Shown here one piece after another: positions 31,414-40,075 of a stretch of DNA of 64,000 nt (positions are counted from its first letter, which is position 1; each line of letters starts with the position of its first letter). The position numbers were made by a program, and so were the translations under genes. The stretch spans positions 20,795 through 84,794 of the forward strand of contig JAFPWD010000038.1 in assembly GCA_017395105.1 (NCBI GenBank), given 5' to 3'. A model generated the notes under the pieces. The model was given only the letters and a program-made list of their open reading frames with translations. It was not told the DNA's origin and did not search any database. This DNA comes from Clostridia bacterium (GTDB lineage Bacteria; Bacillota; Clostridia; Christensenellales; CAG-138).

Positions 31414-32319
31414 TTATTCCTCGGTGTTGGCATTTGATGCATCCAACGTATCTACGGAAGAGGTAAAATCATCGCAGGGCTTTTCAAGAGAAACATTGGC
31501 GATTTTTCCTCCCCTGTATTCATCGAGCACTATCCTTGCTGCGCGTTCGGTGTCCAGGTGCCCACCGGATAGCACAAAGCCGCGGCTTCTGCAAACGCCT
31601 TCAAGAAGCTCATAAGGTATTTCCGCATCCTTATCCAGCTTCTTGTATCGATTTAGCAGCTCGTTTGGGCAAAGCTGCATCAAATCATACAGAAGAAGCG
31701 AAGCTATCTCCTCAATATCGAGCACGTCATCTCTGATCGAGCCGATGTAGGCAAGGTGCTTTGCGAGCATTTCATTCTCAAGCTTACCCCAAAGAAGACC
31801 CGGAGTATCGAGAAGCTCGAGATAGTCCGAAACCTTGACCCACTGCTTGCTGCGGGTAACTCCGGGGCGGTCGCCGACCTGCGCTCTTGCTGCGCCGGCA
31901 ATGCGGTTGATGAGAGTGGATTTTCCAACGTTCGGAACGCCTATGACCATTGCTCGAAGAACCTTGCGGATGCCCTTTTCCCTGTATCTGTCGATGATGG
32001 GCTTTCCCGCGCCTTCGATTATGGAAACGGCGGTTTTTTTAGATCCCTGCGAGGTCGAAACGAGCTCCGCAGCGGTGATGCCCTGCGACTTGAGATGCGC
32101 GATCCAGGCTTTGTTCGTTTCGCGCGCGGAAAGATCGCTCTTATTCATGAATACGACGCGGATCTTATTTTTGAAAAGGCTTTCAAAATCGGGATTGCGG
32201 CAAGCCATCGGGCAGCGCGCGTCCACCACCTCGATTACTATATCAACAAGCTTTATGTTTTCTTCAAGCATTCTCCGAGCCTTTGTCATGTGGCCGGGAT
32301 ACCAGTTTATGGTTTGCAT
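31414..32319 (-). CDS. rbgA: Ribosome biogenesis GTPase A (YlqF/RbgA)
   Basis: It has 'INWYPGHMTKA', the circularly permuted GTPase motifs 'NKSDL' and 'GVPNVGKSTLIN', and 'DTPG'. The ATG follows GGAGGG. Confidence 0.93.
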   Translation of the reverse strand: MQTINWYPGHMTKARRMLEENIKLVDIVIEVVDARCPMACRNPDFESLFKNKIRVVFMNKSDLSARETNKAWIAHLKSQGITAAELVSTSQGSKKTAVSIIEGAGKPIIDRYREKGIRKVLRAMVIGVPNVGKSTLINRIAGAARAQVGDRPGVTRSKQWVKVSDYLELLDTPGLLWGKLENEMLAKHLAYIGSIRDDVLDIEEIASLLLYDLMQLCPNELLNRYKKLDKDAEIPYELLEGVCRSRGFVLSGGHLDTERAARIVLDEYRGGKIANVSLEKPCDDFTSSVDTLDASNANTEE

Positions 32320-32353
32320 ATCGCCCTCCGAATTAAGGATCAATGATAGAATT

Positions 32354-32385
32354 TAGAAAACGCCTCCCGATTAGGGTCGGGAGGC
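32354..32385 (-). terminator. Intrinsic terminator after rplS
   Basis: The minus strand reads GCCTCCCGA-CCCTAA-TCGGGAGGC followed by GTTTTCT. Confidence 0.7.
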
Positions 32386-32409
32386 GATGGAGCTAAGCTC
32401 CTTAAGCTC

Positions 32410-32763
32410 TTATTTGGTTACGATGCGCTCCTTGATCTTAGCGGCCTTACCGGTCCTCTCACGGAGGTAGTAGAGCTTGGCGCGGCGAACAACGCCGTGA
32501 CGTACAACTTCGATCCTGCCGATACGGGGGCTGTGATAAGGGAAGGTCCTCTCAACGCCGATGCCGTAGCTGATGCGGCGAACGGTGAAGCTCTTGCGAA
32601 TGCCGCCGCCCTGCATCTTGATAACGATGCCCTCGAAGTTCTGGAGCCTCTCGCGGTTGCCTTCAACGACCTTGACGAATACGCGAACGGTATCGCCGAT
32701 CTCGAGCTTGGGGAGGTCTGTTCTGAGCTGCTCTTTTTCGAGCTCTCTGATGATGTCTGACAT
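32410..32763 (-). CDS. rplS: 50S ribosomal protein L19
   Basis: It begins '[44 protein letters not shown]'. The longer ORF-track N-terminus is rejected. Confidence 0.95.
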   Translation of the reverse strand: MSDIIRELEKEQLRTDLPKLEIGDTVRVFVKVVEGNRERLQNFEGIVIKMQGGGIRKSFTVRRISYGIGVERTFPYHSPRIGRIEVVRHGVVRRAKLYYLRERTGKAAKIKERIVTK

Positions 32764-32925
32764 AGTTTTAACTCCTTTTATACAGATGTTCTTAACCGAC
32801 CTGCGGCCATTGGACCATCCAAATGCCATAGAATTATAGCACAACTCAAGCAGAATTGCAAGCAAAAAAGCTTGATGGTGCAATTATTTTCGATATATTA
32901 ACCGAAAAAACGGATAAGGAAGATA

Positions 32926-33666
32926 TCATTTTTCAAGTTCAAAGCCCGAATCACGCAAAAATGCGGCATCCTTTTCGGAAAGCGGGGCTTTTTTCAGGAT
33001 ATCCGGCCTGTTCTCGGCGGTCGTAAGCAGTGCCTGATGATGCCGCCATTTTTCTATCTCGGCATGGTTGCCGTTTAAAAGCACCTCGGGAACGTGCATG
33101 CCGCGAAAGCTTGCTGGGCGGGTGTACTGCGGATACTCGAGCAGGCCGCTTCCAGAAAAGCTTTCTTCCTCTGCCGATTCGCCCGAGCCGAGCACTCCGG
33201 GGATGAAGCGCGAAAGGCAGTCTATAAGAACCATCGCGGGCAGTTCACCGCCGGTGAGCACATAATCGCCGATTGAGATCTCATCGTCCATAAGTGACAT
33301 AACGCGCTCATCTATGCCTTCATAGTGACCTGCGAGTATCAATAGGCGCTTCTCGAGAGCAAGCTCTCTGGCCAATTCGGTGGAAAGGCACTTGCCGCGT
33401 GGACCCATATAGATGCAGCGCGGTTTAGCCTCGCTTTGGGCACTCACAGCTTCAACGCAATCGAATATCGGCTGAGCAAGCATCACCATCCCCGCACCGC
33501 CGCCGTATGGATAATCGTCGGTATTATGATGCTTGTTTTGCGAATAATCGCGGATATTGTGGGTAAAAAATTCAAGTATCCCCTTCTCCTCCGCCCTGCC
33601 AAGAATGCTCGAATGAATTGTCTCTGCGAACATTTCAGGAAAGATAGTCAGAATATCAATCCTCAA
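32926..33666 (-). CDS. trmD: tRNA (guanine37-N1)-methyltransferase
   Basis: It has 'RIDILTIFPEMF', 'DDYPYGGGAGMVM' and 'GHYEGIDERV'. A TTG start follows GGAGGTG and overlaps the rimM stop. The start is uncertain by about 30 nt. Confidence 0.92.
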   Translation of the reverse strand: MRIDILTIFPEMFAETIHSSILGRAEEKGILEFFTHNIRDYSQNKHHNTDDYPYGGGAGMVMLAQPIFDCVEAVSAQSEAKPRCIYMGPRGKCLSTELARELALEKRLLILAGHYEGIDERVMSLMDDEISIGDYVLTGGELPAMVLIDCLSRFIPGVLGSGESAEEESFSGSGLLEYPQYTRPASFRGMHVPEVLLNGNHAEIEKWRHHQALLTTAENRPDILKKAPLSEKDAAFLRDSGFELEK

Positions 33667-34177
33667 AAAGACCCACCTCCGAAAGCACCTCGGCATTAAA
33701 AACTATCAGCTTATTTTCGATATCGACATTGTCGAGCAGCTTTTTCAGTGCCGGAACGGAAAGCCTTCCTCTGCCGCGAACAACGTAAACGTCGTTTGCA
33801 TTGGTTTCGTACACGTCCTCAACAACGCCAAGCTCGTTTCCGTCGCTTGAAAAGACACGGCAGCCGATGATATCACGCACAAAATAAGTTCCCTCGGGAA
33901 GCTTCACGGCATGGGCTCTATCCACGCAAAGATATTTGTTTCTGAGGCTCTCAGCGATCTCAACGGTATCAATACCATCGATTTTTGCGATGGCGCTGTT
34001 TTCGGCGGCAGCCTTGGCTGAAACCACTTTTATAGGCTTATAGCTTCCTTCAGACACTTCTATATATGCATCCTTGAGCTTTTTGAAGCGCGATGGGTCG
34101 TCCGTCAGCGGAAGAAGCTTAACTTCTCCGTGAACGCCGTGTGGACGGAGTATAAGTCCAATGCGAAAATAATCCAT
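33656..34177 (-). CDS. rimM: 16S rRNA processing protein RimM
   Basis: It begins 'MDYFRIGLILRPHGVHGEVKL' and has a PRC-barrel C-terminus. It is in the conserved position. Confidence 0.92.
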   Translation of the reverse strand: MDYFRIGLILRPHGVHGEVKLLPLTDDPSRFKKLKDAYIEVSEGSYKPIKVVSAKAAAENSAIAKIDGIDTVEIAESLRNKYLCVDRAHAVKLPEGTYFVRDIIGCRVFSSDGNELGVVEDVYETNANDVYVVRGRGRLSVPALKKLLDNVDIENKLIVFNAEVLSEVGLFED

Positions 34178-34215
34178 AGCTTTAACCTGAAATATCCAAA
34201 TTAGCATAGAATTTG

Positions 34216-34257
34216 AAAAAAGCGTGGTCGAAGCATTGCTTCTGCCTGCGCTTTTTC
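34216..34257 (-). terminator. Hairpin plus T-tract between the KH-protein gene and rimM (internal attenuator/terminator candidate)
   Basis: The minus strand reads AAAAAGCG...GAAGC-AAT-GCTTC...CGCTTTTTT. Confidence 0.4.
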
Positions 34258-34267
34258 AAAATTGCTG

Positions 34268-34594
34268 TTACATTATATCGACACGATACTTGATGTCTCC
34301 CTTGACGGTCGCGGCGCGAACAACAGTGCGGATCGCCTTTGCGATCCTGCCCTGCTTGCCGATGACCTTGCCGGTATCGTCCTTGGAAACGGTGAGCGCG
34401 ATGGTGACAACGTTTGCATCCTCAGCTTTTTCGCCTTCATCACTCGCCAGCTCGGCGTTCTCAACGATATCTTCGGCGGAAGCATTGGACTTGAGCTCCA
34501 CCTTTACCGCTTCGGGTTCATCAACGAGGCTCTTGGCTATGTATTCAACAAGCTCCATTACCTCGGAAGTGGTGATGATCTTCTTTTCTTCCAT
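34268..34594 (-). CDS. KH-domain RNA-binding protein (YlqC family) with an acidic insertion
   Basis: It has 'GKVIGKQGRIAKAIRTVV' (the GxxG KH motif). Its ATG overlaps the rpsP TGA (ATGA). Confidence 0.85.
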   Translation of the reverse strand: MEEKKIITTSEVMELVEYIAKSLVDEPEAVKVELKSNASAEDIVENAELASDEGEKAEDANVVTIALTVSKDDTGKVIGKQGRIAKAIRTVVRAATVKGDIKYRVDIM

Positions 34595-34836
34595 CAGTCG
34601 ATAACGCCGTTCTTCTTGAACAGTCCGCGAACGGTTTCGGTGGGCTGAGCGCCGTTCTTGATCCACTGCCTGGCCTTCTCCGCATTCACAACAACCTCAG
34701 CGGGATCGGTGAGGGGGTTGTAGTAACCGATCTCCTCAACGAAAGCACCGTCACGGGGTGCGCGGGAGTCCGCAACAACGATACGATAGAAGGGAGCCTT
34801 CTTTGCGCCCATTCTGCGAAGCCTGATCTTAAGCAT
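34594..34836 (-). CDS. rpsP: 30S ribosomal protein S16
   Basis: It begins '[30 protein letters not shown]'. Confidence 0.97.
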   Translation of the reverse strand: MLKIRLRRMGAKKAPFYRIVVADSRAPRDGAFVEEIGYYNPLTDPAEVVVNAEKARQWIKNGAQPTETVRGLFKKNGVID

Positions 34837-34905
34837 GATAGTTCCTCCTAAGAAAAATTGAATTTGATTATAGGTTTATTCCAAACGGCAGAGCCGAAAT
34901 TGGCT

Positions 34906-36264
34906 TTATTGCTGCGGCAGTCCCTGCTTGCCGAAGAGCCCGCGCAAAAGACCCTTGCGCTTCTTGCCCTTGCCGCCGGTGAACTGCTTCATAAGCTGAC
35001 GGGACTGCTCAAATTGCTTTAACAGCCTGTTGACGTCCTGAACGCTGGTGCCGCTTCCGGCCGCGATGCGCTTTTTGCGGCTCGCATTCAGAAGCTCGGG
35101 CTTTCTGCGCTCCTTGGGAGTCATGGAAGTGATGATCGCCTCCATCCTTCCCGTTGCCTTTTTATCGATCTCAACGTCCTTAAGCTTGGACGCATCAACG
35201 CCCGGCATCATGCCGAGTATCTCCTCCATAGAGCCCATTTTTTTCATTTGCTGAAACTGCTCGAGGAAGTCGTCGAGTGTGAAATCGTCGTTCTTGATCT
35301 TATTTGCAAGCTCAAGCGCCTGCTTCTCATCGAATGCCTGCTCAGCCTTTTCAATGAGGGTCAGCACGTCGCCCATGCCGAGTATCCTCGAAGCCATGCG
35401 GTCGGGATAGAAGGGCTCGATATCGGACAGCTTCTCGCCGATGCCGGAGAACTTAATTGGCTTGCCCGTTACCTCGCGAACCGAGAGAGCCGCGCCGCCG
35501 CGCGTGTCGCCATCGAGCTTGGTGATGATAACACCGGTAAGACCGAGCTTTTCGTTGAAGGATTTTGCAACGTTTACCGCATCCTGTCCCGTCATAGCAT
35601 CAACAACGAGTAATGTTTCGGCGGGGTTGGCATACTCTTTGATTGCAGCGATCTCGTCCATCATAGTTTCATCGATATGCAGACGACCTGCGGTATCGAT
35701 GATAACGAGATCCATCAAGCGGCTTTCGGCAAATTCGATCGCTTCTTTAACAGTCTTGACCGGATCCTGAGTGCCGCGCTCGAAAACGGGAACGTTTACC
35801 TTTTCACCAACGACCTGAAGCTGAGTGATAGCTGCGGGACGGTAGATATCGCAGGCAACGAGAAGCGGCTTCTTCTGCTGAGTTTTGGCAAGATAAGCCG
35901 CGAGCTTGCCCGCCATGGTGGTTTTACCCGCACCCTGAAGACCCGCAAGCAGAAAAATCGAGGGCTTTTTGGGGCCAAAATCGAGCTTGGAAACGGTTCC
36001 GCCCATGAGCGAAGTGAGCTCTTCGTTTACGATCTTGATTATCTGCTGCGAAGGCGTGAGGCTCTCGAGCACCTCGGCACCTATGGCGCGCTCGGAAACG
36101 GTGCTTATGAACGACTTAACTACAGTGAAGTTTACGTCCGCCTCAAGCAAAGCGAGCTTGACCTCGCGCATCGCTTCCTTAACTTCCTTTTCGGAAAGCT
36201 TGCCGCGATTGCCGAGTTTCTTGAAAATATTTTGAAGCTTTGAAGAAAGACCCTCAAATGCCAT
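34906..36264 (-). CDS. ffh: Signal recognition particle protein Ffh
   Basis: It has 'LAGLQGAGKTTMAGKLA', 'DTAGRL', 'TKLDGDTRGGAALS' and a Met-rich M domain. Confidence 0.97.
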   Translation of the reverse strand: MAFEGLSSKLQNIFKKLGNRGKLSEKEVKEAMREVKLALLEADVNFTVVKSFISTVSERAIGAEVLESLTPSQQIIKIVNEELTSLMGGTVSKLDFGPKKPSIFLLAGLQGAGKTTMAGKLAAYLAKTQQKKPLLVACDIYRPAAITQLQVVGEKVNVPVFERGTQDPVKTVKEAIEFAESRLMDLVIIDTAGRLHIDETMMDEIAAIKEYANPAETLLVVDAMTGQDAVNVAKSFNEKLGLTGVIITKLDGDTRGGAALSVREVTGKPIKFSGIGEKLSDIEPFYPDRMASRILGMGDVLTLIEKAEQAFDEKQALELANKIKNDDFTLDDFLEQFQQMKKMGSMEEILGMMPGVDASKLKDVEIDKKATGRMEAIITSMTPKERRKPELLNASRKKRIAAGSGTSVQDVNRLLKQFEQSRQLMKQFTGGKGKKRKGLLRGLFGKQGLPQQ

Positions 36265-36619
36265 CGTTACCCTCCGTTATATCCGAAAGCTCGGAAAGTA
36301 GAGAAAACAGTTTTTTGTATTTCGGATCCGACCCCGAATCAGGCACCGCTCCGAAGAGCTCACGCTTTATTGAAACCACAAGCTTTTGTATTCGCCTGTC
36401 CTTTTCAACGAGGTGAAGCTTCGCTTCCATCTCAACAAGCGTTTTTTCGCCGCGAGAGATCGCATCGCGAACACCCTGGCGAGAAATGCCGCGCTGCTCG
36501 GCGATCTCACTGAGGGAAAGATCCTCCTCGCAGCTCAATCGCAGCGCCTCAAGCTGAGTATCGGTCAGAAACGAGCCATAGTAATCAAGAAGAAGGCTGA
36601 GATCCAAACGGTCGAGCAT
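36254..36619 (-). CDS. ylxM: YlxM/UPF0122 putative helix-turn-helix protein upstream of ffh
   Basis: It has 'LLLDYYGSFLTDTQLEALRLSCEEDLSLSEIAEQRGISRQGVRD'. The ATG follows AAGGAGGT. Confidence 0.88.
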   Translation of the reverse strand: MLDRLDLSLLLDYYGSFLTDTQLEALRLSCEEDLSLSEIAEQRGISRQGVRDAISRGEKTLVEMEAKLHLVEKDRRIQKLVVSIKRELFGAVPDSGSDPKYKKLFSLLSELSDITEGNDGI

Positions 36620-36733
36620 GATTACCTCCTTGATCGCTGTAAAGGTTTTAAGCTTTACAGTCAACTATTATACCCTTTTTTTGTGAAATGTCAACCAGAA
36701 ATCGATCAAAATTAAACATATATTATGAAATGC

Positions 36734-37255
36734 TCAATTCTGCGCCGAATCGCCGAACAAGCCTTTGAGCCTGTCCAATAATTGATGATAGTTTGGCGGA
36801 TAGGCATTCACGCCGCGGGCATGGATATTGTCCCCATCCTCAAGCTCTATATCGAGCCAAAAACCTCCGCCATCGCAAACGTTGTCATCGGTTTCGTCAA
36901 ATCCGTTCCAAGAGGCGACTCCAAGTCTTCCAAGCTCTGCGGAAAGCTCTGTATACAGCTCCATGTTCCCTCCCCTGCGCTTTGCAAGACAGTTTTTTCG
37001 CGAATGCTCGGCATTGCTCTCGTCCCACCAATTACCAAAATAATTGGATATCCGAATACCCTTTTCGGTTTTTATCAGCTCGTATTCGTTCTCCTCTGCT
37101 GTGCAGCCATATTCGTGCAGCAGAAGCTTTGTGAACTTAAGCATCCCGCTGTCAGCACGTTTGCTTACTATTTTCTTTATAATGGCAGCAGCGATGAGTG
37201 CCGCAAACAGTACAGATGCGGCACAAATAGCGATGATCCAAGCGTAATCAGGCAT
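36734..37255 (-). CDS. Hypothetical N-terminally membrane-anchored protein
   Basis: A single TM segment 'AWIIAICAASVLFAALIAAAII' is followed by a soluble domain of about 140 aa. The ATG follows AAGGTGG. No family was recognised. Confidence 0.5.
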   Translation of the reverse strand: MPDYAWIIAICAASVLFAALIAAAIIKKIVSKRADSGMLKFTKLLLHEYGCTAEENEYELIKTEKGIRISNYFGNWWDESNAEHSRKNCLAKRRGGNMELYTELSAELGRLGVASWNGFDETDDNVCDGGGFWLDIELEDGDNIHARGVNAYPPNYHQLLDRLKGLFGDSAQN

Positions 37256-37267
37256 GTGATCCACCTT

Positions 37268-37304
37268 TCAAAAAGCATTGGGCCGCAGCAAGAATGCCCG
37301 GCCC
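37268..37304 (-). terminator. Intrinsic terminator after the tryptophanase-family gene
   Basis: The minus strand reads GGGCCG-N13-CGGCCC followed by AATGCTTTTT. Confidence 0.55.
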
Positions 37305-37331
37305 TGCGAGGAAACCAAATATTGGATGATT

Positions 37332-38777
37332 TTACAGCGATTCGCCGAAATCCGCACGGAATTTCTCGGCAAGTCTCTCGGGCCAATCGGAATTGGAGTC
37401 GAGCGCATCGTAGAAATTATGCGGCCCCTCGGTCTCAAAGTGCAGTCCGCCGATGAGCTCACGGTTATCGTAGAGCCAGCAGATGCGGTCGATAAGGTAG
37501 TTCATCTGGGAAACGGTGTATACCCTGCGAGGCACGGCAAGGCGAACGAGCTCCATTGCGCCGTAGGGCTCAACGTTCGGGTCTTCCCAAGGCTCATCGA
37601 TGCCGCCGCGCTCCATTCCGCGCGCACCGGATGCGATGTAGACAGCCGCGGCAAGTGCGCCTGCGGGATAATCCTTCCTTGCAACATGAGGAACGAATTT
37701 TGAAGCATCGAGATGACAGCCGAGACCGCCCGGAGGGGTGACCACGGGAATGCCCGCATCCTCAAGCTCGTTTGCGAGATACTCGATGAACTGCGGCCCC
37801 TGGGCAATGATATTTTCATCCATGGTGTCGTCCAGACCGACCCTTATCGCCTCCATTTCCTTAACACTCATGCCGCCGAAGGTCGGGAAGCCCTCGAACG
37901 AGGAAACGAAGGTTTTGATGTATTCAAATTCTTTTTTATCGTTGAGGATGATCGCACCGCCCCTGCCGAAGCCGAGCTTTCTGGCGGAGAAATAGATGAT
38001 GTCCATAGCATCGGACATGGTGCGAACGATCTCGCGTATGCTCTTATCCTGATAAGCGTTTTCGCGGATCTTGATGAAATGAAGATTATCCTGAAGCAGG
38101 CTCGCATCGAGTATGGAGAGAACCTTGTACTTTTTGCAGAGCTCGGAAACGGCGAGCATATTGTCGAGCGAGATTGGCTGACCGCCGATGAGATTGGTTC
38201 CTGCCTCTATGCGAACGAAGGCAACGTTATCGCCCTGCTCCTTAAGAACCTTTTCGAGCTTTTCAAGATCGAAGTCGCCCTTGAATGGGTCGCTGCTCTG
38301 CCTCTCAAGGCCTTCTTCGCGCAGGCAAATGACGAAATCGCCGCCACAGTATTTGATCTTGCCAACGGAGGTGCCGAACTGGAAGTTCATCGGAACGATG
38401 CTGCCGGGCTTGGGCTGAACGTATGCAAGCGCAAGCATGTGCTCGCATGCCCTGCCCTGATGGACTGGAAGGAAATAATCCTTATTGAAGATATCCTTTA
38501 TCTTCTCGGCAAGCCTGAAGTACGTTTTGCTTCCTGCATACGCATCATCGCCGATCATCATGGCACCAAGCTGCTCATTGGTCATGGCGTTCACGCCGCT
38601 GTCGGTGAGCATATCGAGGTATACGTCCGCAGAATCGATGCGGTAGGAATTAAACCCTGCGCGGCGAATGGCCTTCACCCTGTCTTCAACGGGAAGGATC
38701 TCGGTCTTCTGAACTATGCAGACCTTGTGCATCTCGAGTGGAAGCGCGTTTCTTCTGTAATATCCGACCTTATCCAT
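37332..38777 (-). CDS. Beta-eliminating lyase family protein (tryptophanase / tyrosine phenol-lyase-like)
   Basis: 481 aa. 'YLDMLTDSGVNAMTNEQLGAMMIGDDAYAGSKTYF...PVHQGRACEH' parallels TnaA 'DLLTDSGTGA...GDEAYSGS...THQGRGAE'. The PLP-Lys region is 'FSARKLG'. Confidence 0.8.
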   Translation of the reverse strand: MDKVGYYRRNALPLEMHKVCIVQKTEILPVEDRVKAIRRAGFNSYRIDSADVYLDMLTDSGVNAMTNEQLGAMMIGDDAYAGSKTYFRLAEKIKDIFNKDYFLPVHQGRACEHMLALAYVQPKPGSIVPMNFQFGTSVGKIKYCGGDFVICLREEGLERQSSDPFKGDFDLEKLEKVLKEQGDNVAFVRIEAGTNLIGGQPISLDNMLAVSELCKKYKVLSILDASLLQDNLHFIKIRENAYQDKSIREIVRTMSDAMDIIYFSARKLGFGRGGAIILNDKKEFEYIKTFVSSFEGFPTFGGMSVKEMEAIRVGLDDTMDENIIAQGPQFIEYLANELEDAGIPVVTPPGGLGCHLDASKFVPHVARKDYPAGALAAAVYIASGARGMERGGIDEPWEDPNVEPYGAMELVRLAVPRRVYTVSQMNYLIDRICWLYDNRELIGGLHFETEGPHNFYDALDSNSDWPERLAEKFRADFGESL

Positions 38778-38976
38778 TTTATAAGCTCCTTTCGGATCAA
38801 ATAGTAGTTATGAAGCATATAGATGATGCAAAGATCATTTCTCCACGCATCTCGATACATATTATACGAGATGCTCTGCAAAGTCAATCGTTTTAACGAA
38901 GTTATTTACTACGGTTAATAAATTTGCCACATTTTAGTTAATAATTACGCCGAATAGTTTTATAAGCCCTTTTCTA

Positions 38977-39006
38977 CAATAAAATCGCCCCGCGATACGC
39001 GGAGCG
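38977..39006 (-). terminator. Intrinsic terminator after the M42 peptidase gene
   Basis: The minus strand reads CGCTCCGCG-TAT-CGCGGGGCG followed by ATTTTATTG. Confidence 0.6.
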
Positions 39007-39023
39007 AAAATGCAAAGACTTTG

Positions 39024-40040
39024 TTATTCGGTGATATAAGCTCTGATAAGCTCGATGGTGTTTTTAACACCGTCGATATGCGAGCGCTCATAGCCGTGCG
39101 ACGCGTACACGCCCGCGCCGATAAGTCCGTGGCGCAGATCGTATCCCGCATCGAGCGCGGCATCGGCATCCGAACCATAGAACGGATAGACATCGAGTGC
39201 GTAATCGAGCTCATGCTTTTTGGCAAGAGAAACCAGCCTGTCGGTGAGCTCGTAGTTGTATGGGCCGTGGGAATCCTTAACGCAGATTGAAACCTGATGC
39301 TCCTTGCACTCAAGGCCGTCGCCCACACAGCCCATGTCTACGCTGATGATCTCCTCCGCATCCTCCGGGATACCGCTTGAACAGCCGTGACCGACCTCCT
39401 CAAAAACGGTGAGATAGATATAGACTTTGCGCGAAAGCTTAATTTCTCCTTCGGTGATTCGTCGTGCAACATCGAGGAGAATGGCGGCGCTGAGCTTATC
39501 ATCGAGGAAGCGGCTCTTGATATAGCCTGAGGCGGTGACGGTCGTTCTCGGATCGAAGCACACGTAGTCGCCCGTCGCGATGCCGAGCGCCTTTGTGTCA
39601 TCAGCCGAGAATACCTTCTCATCGAGAACGAGCTCCATGCTGTCCCAATCGCGCTTCTGCTCGCTGTACTTGCCGTTGACGTGTACGGAGGGGTCGTTCA
39701 TCTGAAAGCAGCCCTCGTAAACCTTGCCGTCGCGGGTGTAAACGCGAGCATTCTCGGTCTCGGCATTGTTTGCATTCATGCCGCCGATTCGAGTGAGCTT
39801 CAGTCTGCCGTTGCTCTTGATACCGGCAACCATGCAGCCGAGCGTGTCGATATGTGCCGAGAAAACAGCGGGCGTGCCCTCTCCGCCAAGGCAGCATAAA
39901 ACGCAGCCCTTTCGGGTCATTTCAGGTTTATACCCGAGTTTTTCAAGCTCGCCCATCAGGTATTCGGCAGCCTTTTTGGTGAAGCCGCTGGGGCTGTCTA
40001 TAGCCATAAGCTTTTTAAGTTGATCGATAATGAAGTCCAT
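39024..40040 (-). CDS. M42-family metallopeptidase (FrvX/YsdC-like aminopeptidase)
   Basis: It has 'AIDSPSGF', 'SAHIDTLG', 'RFLDDK', 'FEEVGHG' and 'GSDA' metal-ligand motifs. The ATG follows GGAGGA. Confidence 0.8.
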   Translation of the reverse strand: MDFIIDQLKKLMAIDSPSGFTKKAAEYLMGELEKLGYKPEMTRKGCVLCCLGGEGTPAVFSAHIDTLGCMVAGIKSNGRLKLTRIGGMNANNAETENARVYTRDGKVYEGCFQMNDPSVHVNGKYSEQKRDWDSMELVLDEKVFSADDTKALGIATGDYVCFDPRTTVTASGYIKSRFLDDKLSAAILLDVARRITEGEIKLSRKVYIYLTVFEEVGHGCSSGIPEDAEEIISVDMGCVGDGLECKEHQVSICVKDSHGPYNYELTDRLVSLAKKHELDYALDVYPFYGSDADAALDAGYDLRHGLIGAGVYASHGYERSHIDGVKNTIELIRAYITE

Positions 40041-40075
40041 GTTTTCCTCCGTTTTGCTGAATTGATATGGTGCGA

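Noticed and set aside
37713-38804. 363-aa plus-strand ORF
   Set aside because: It is antisense to the tryptophanase-family gene. It has no recognisable motifs or RBS.
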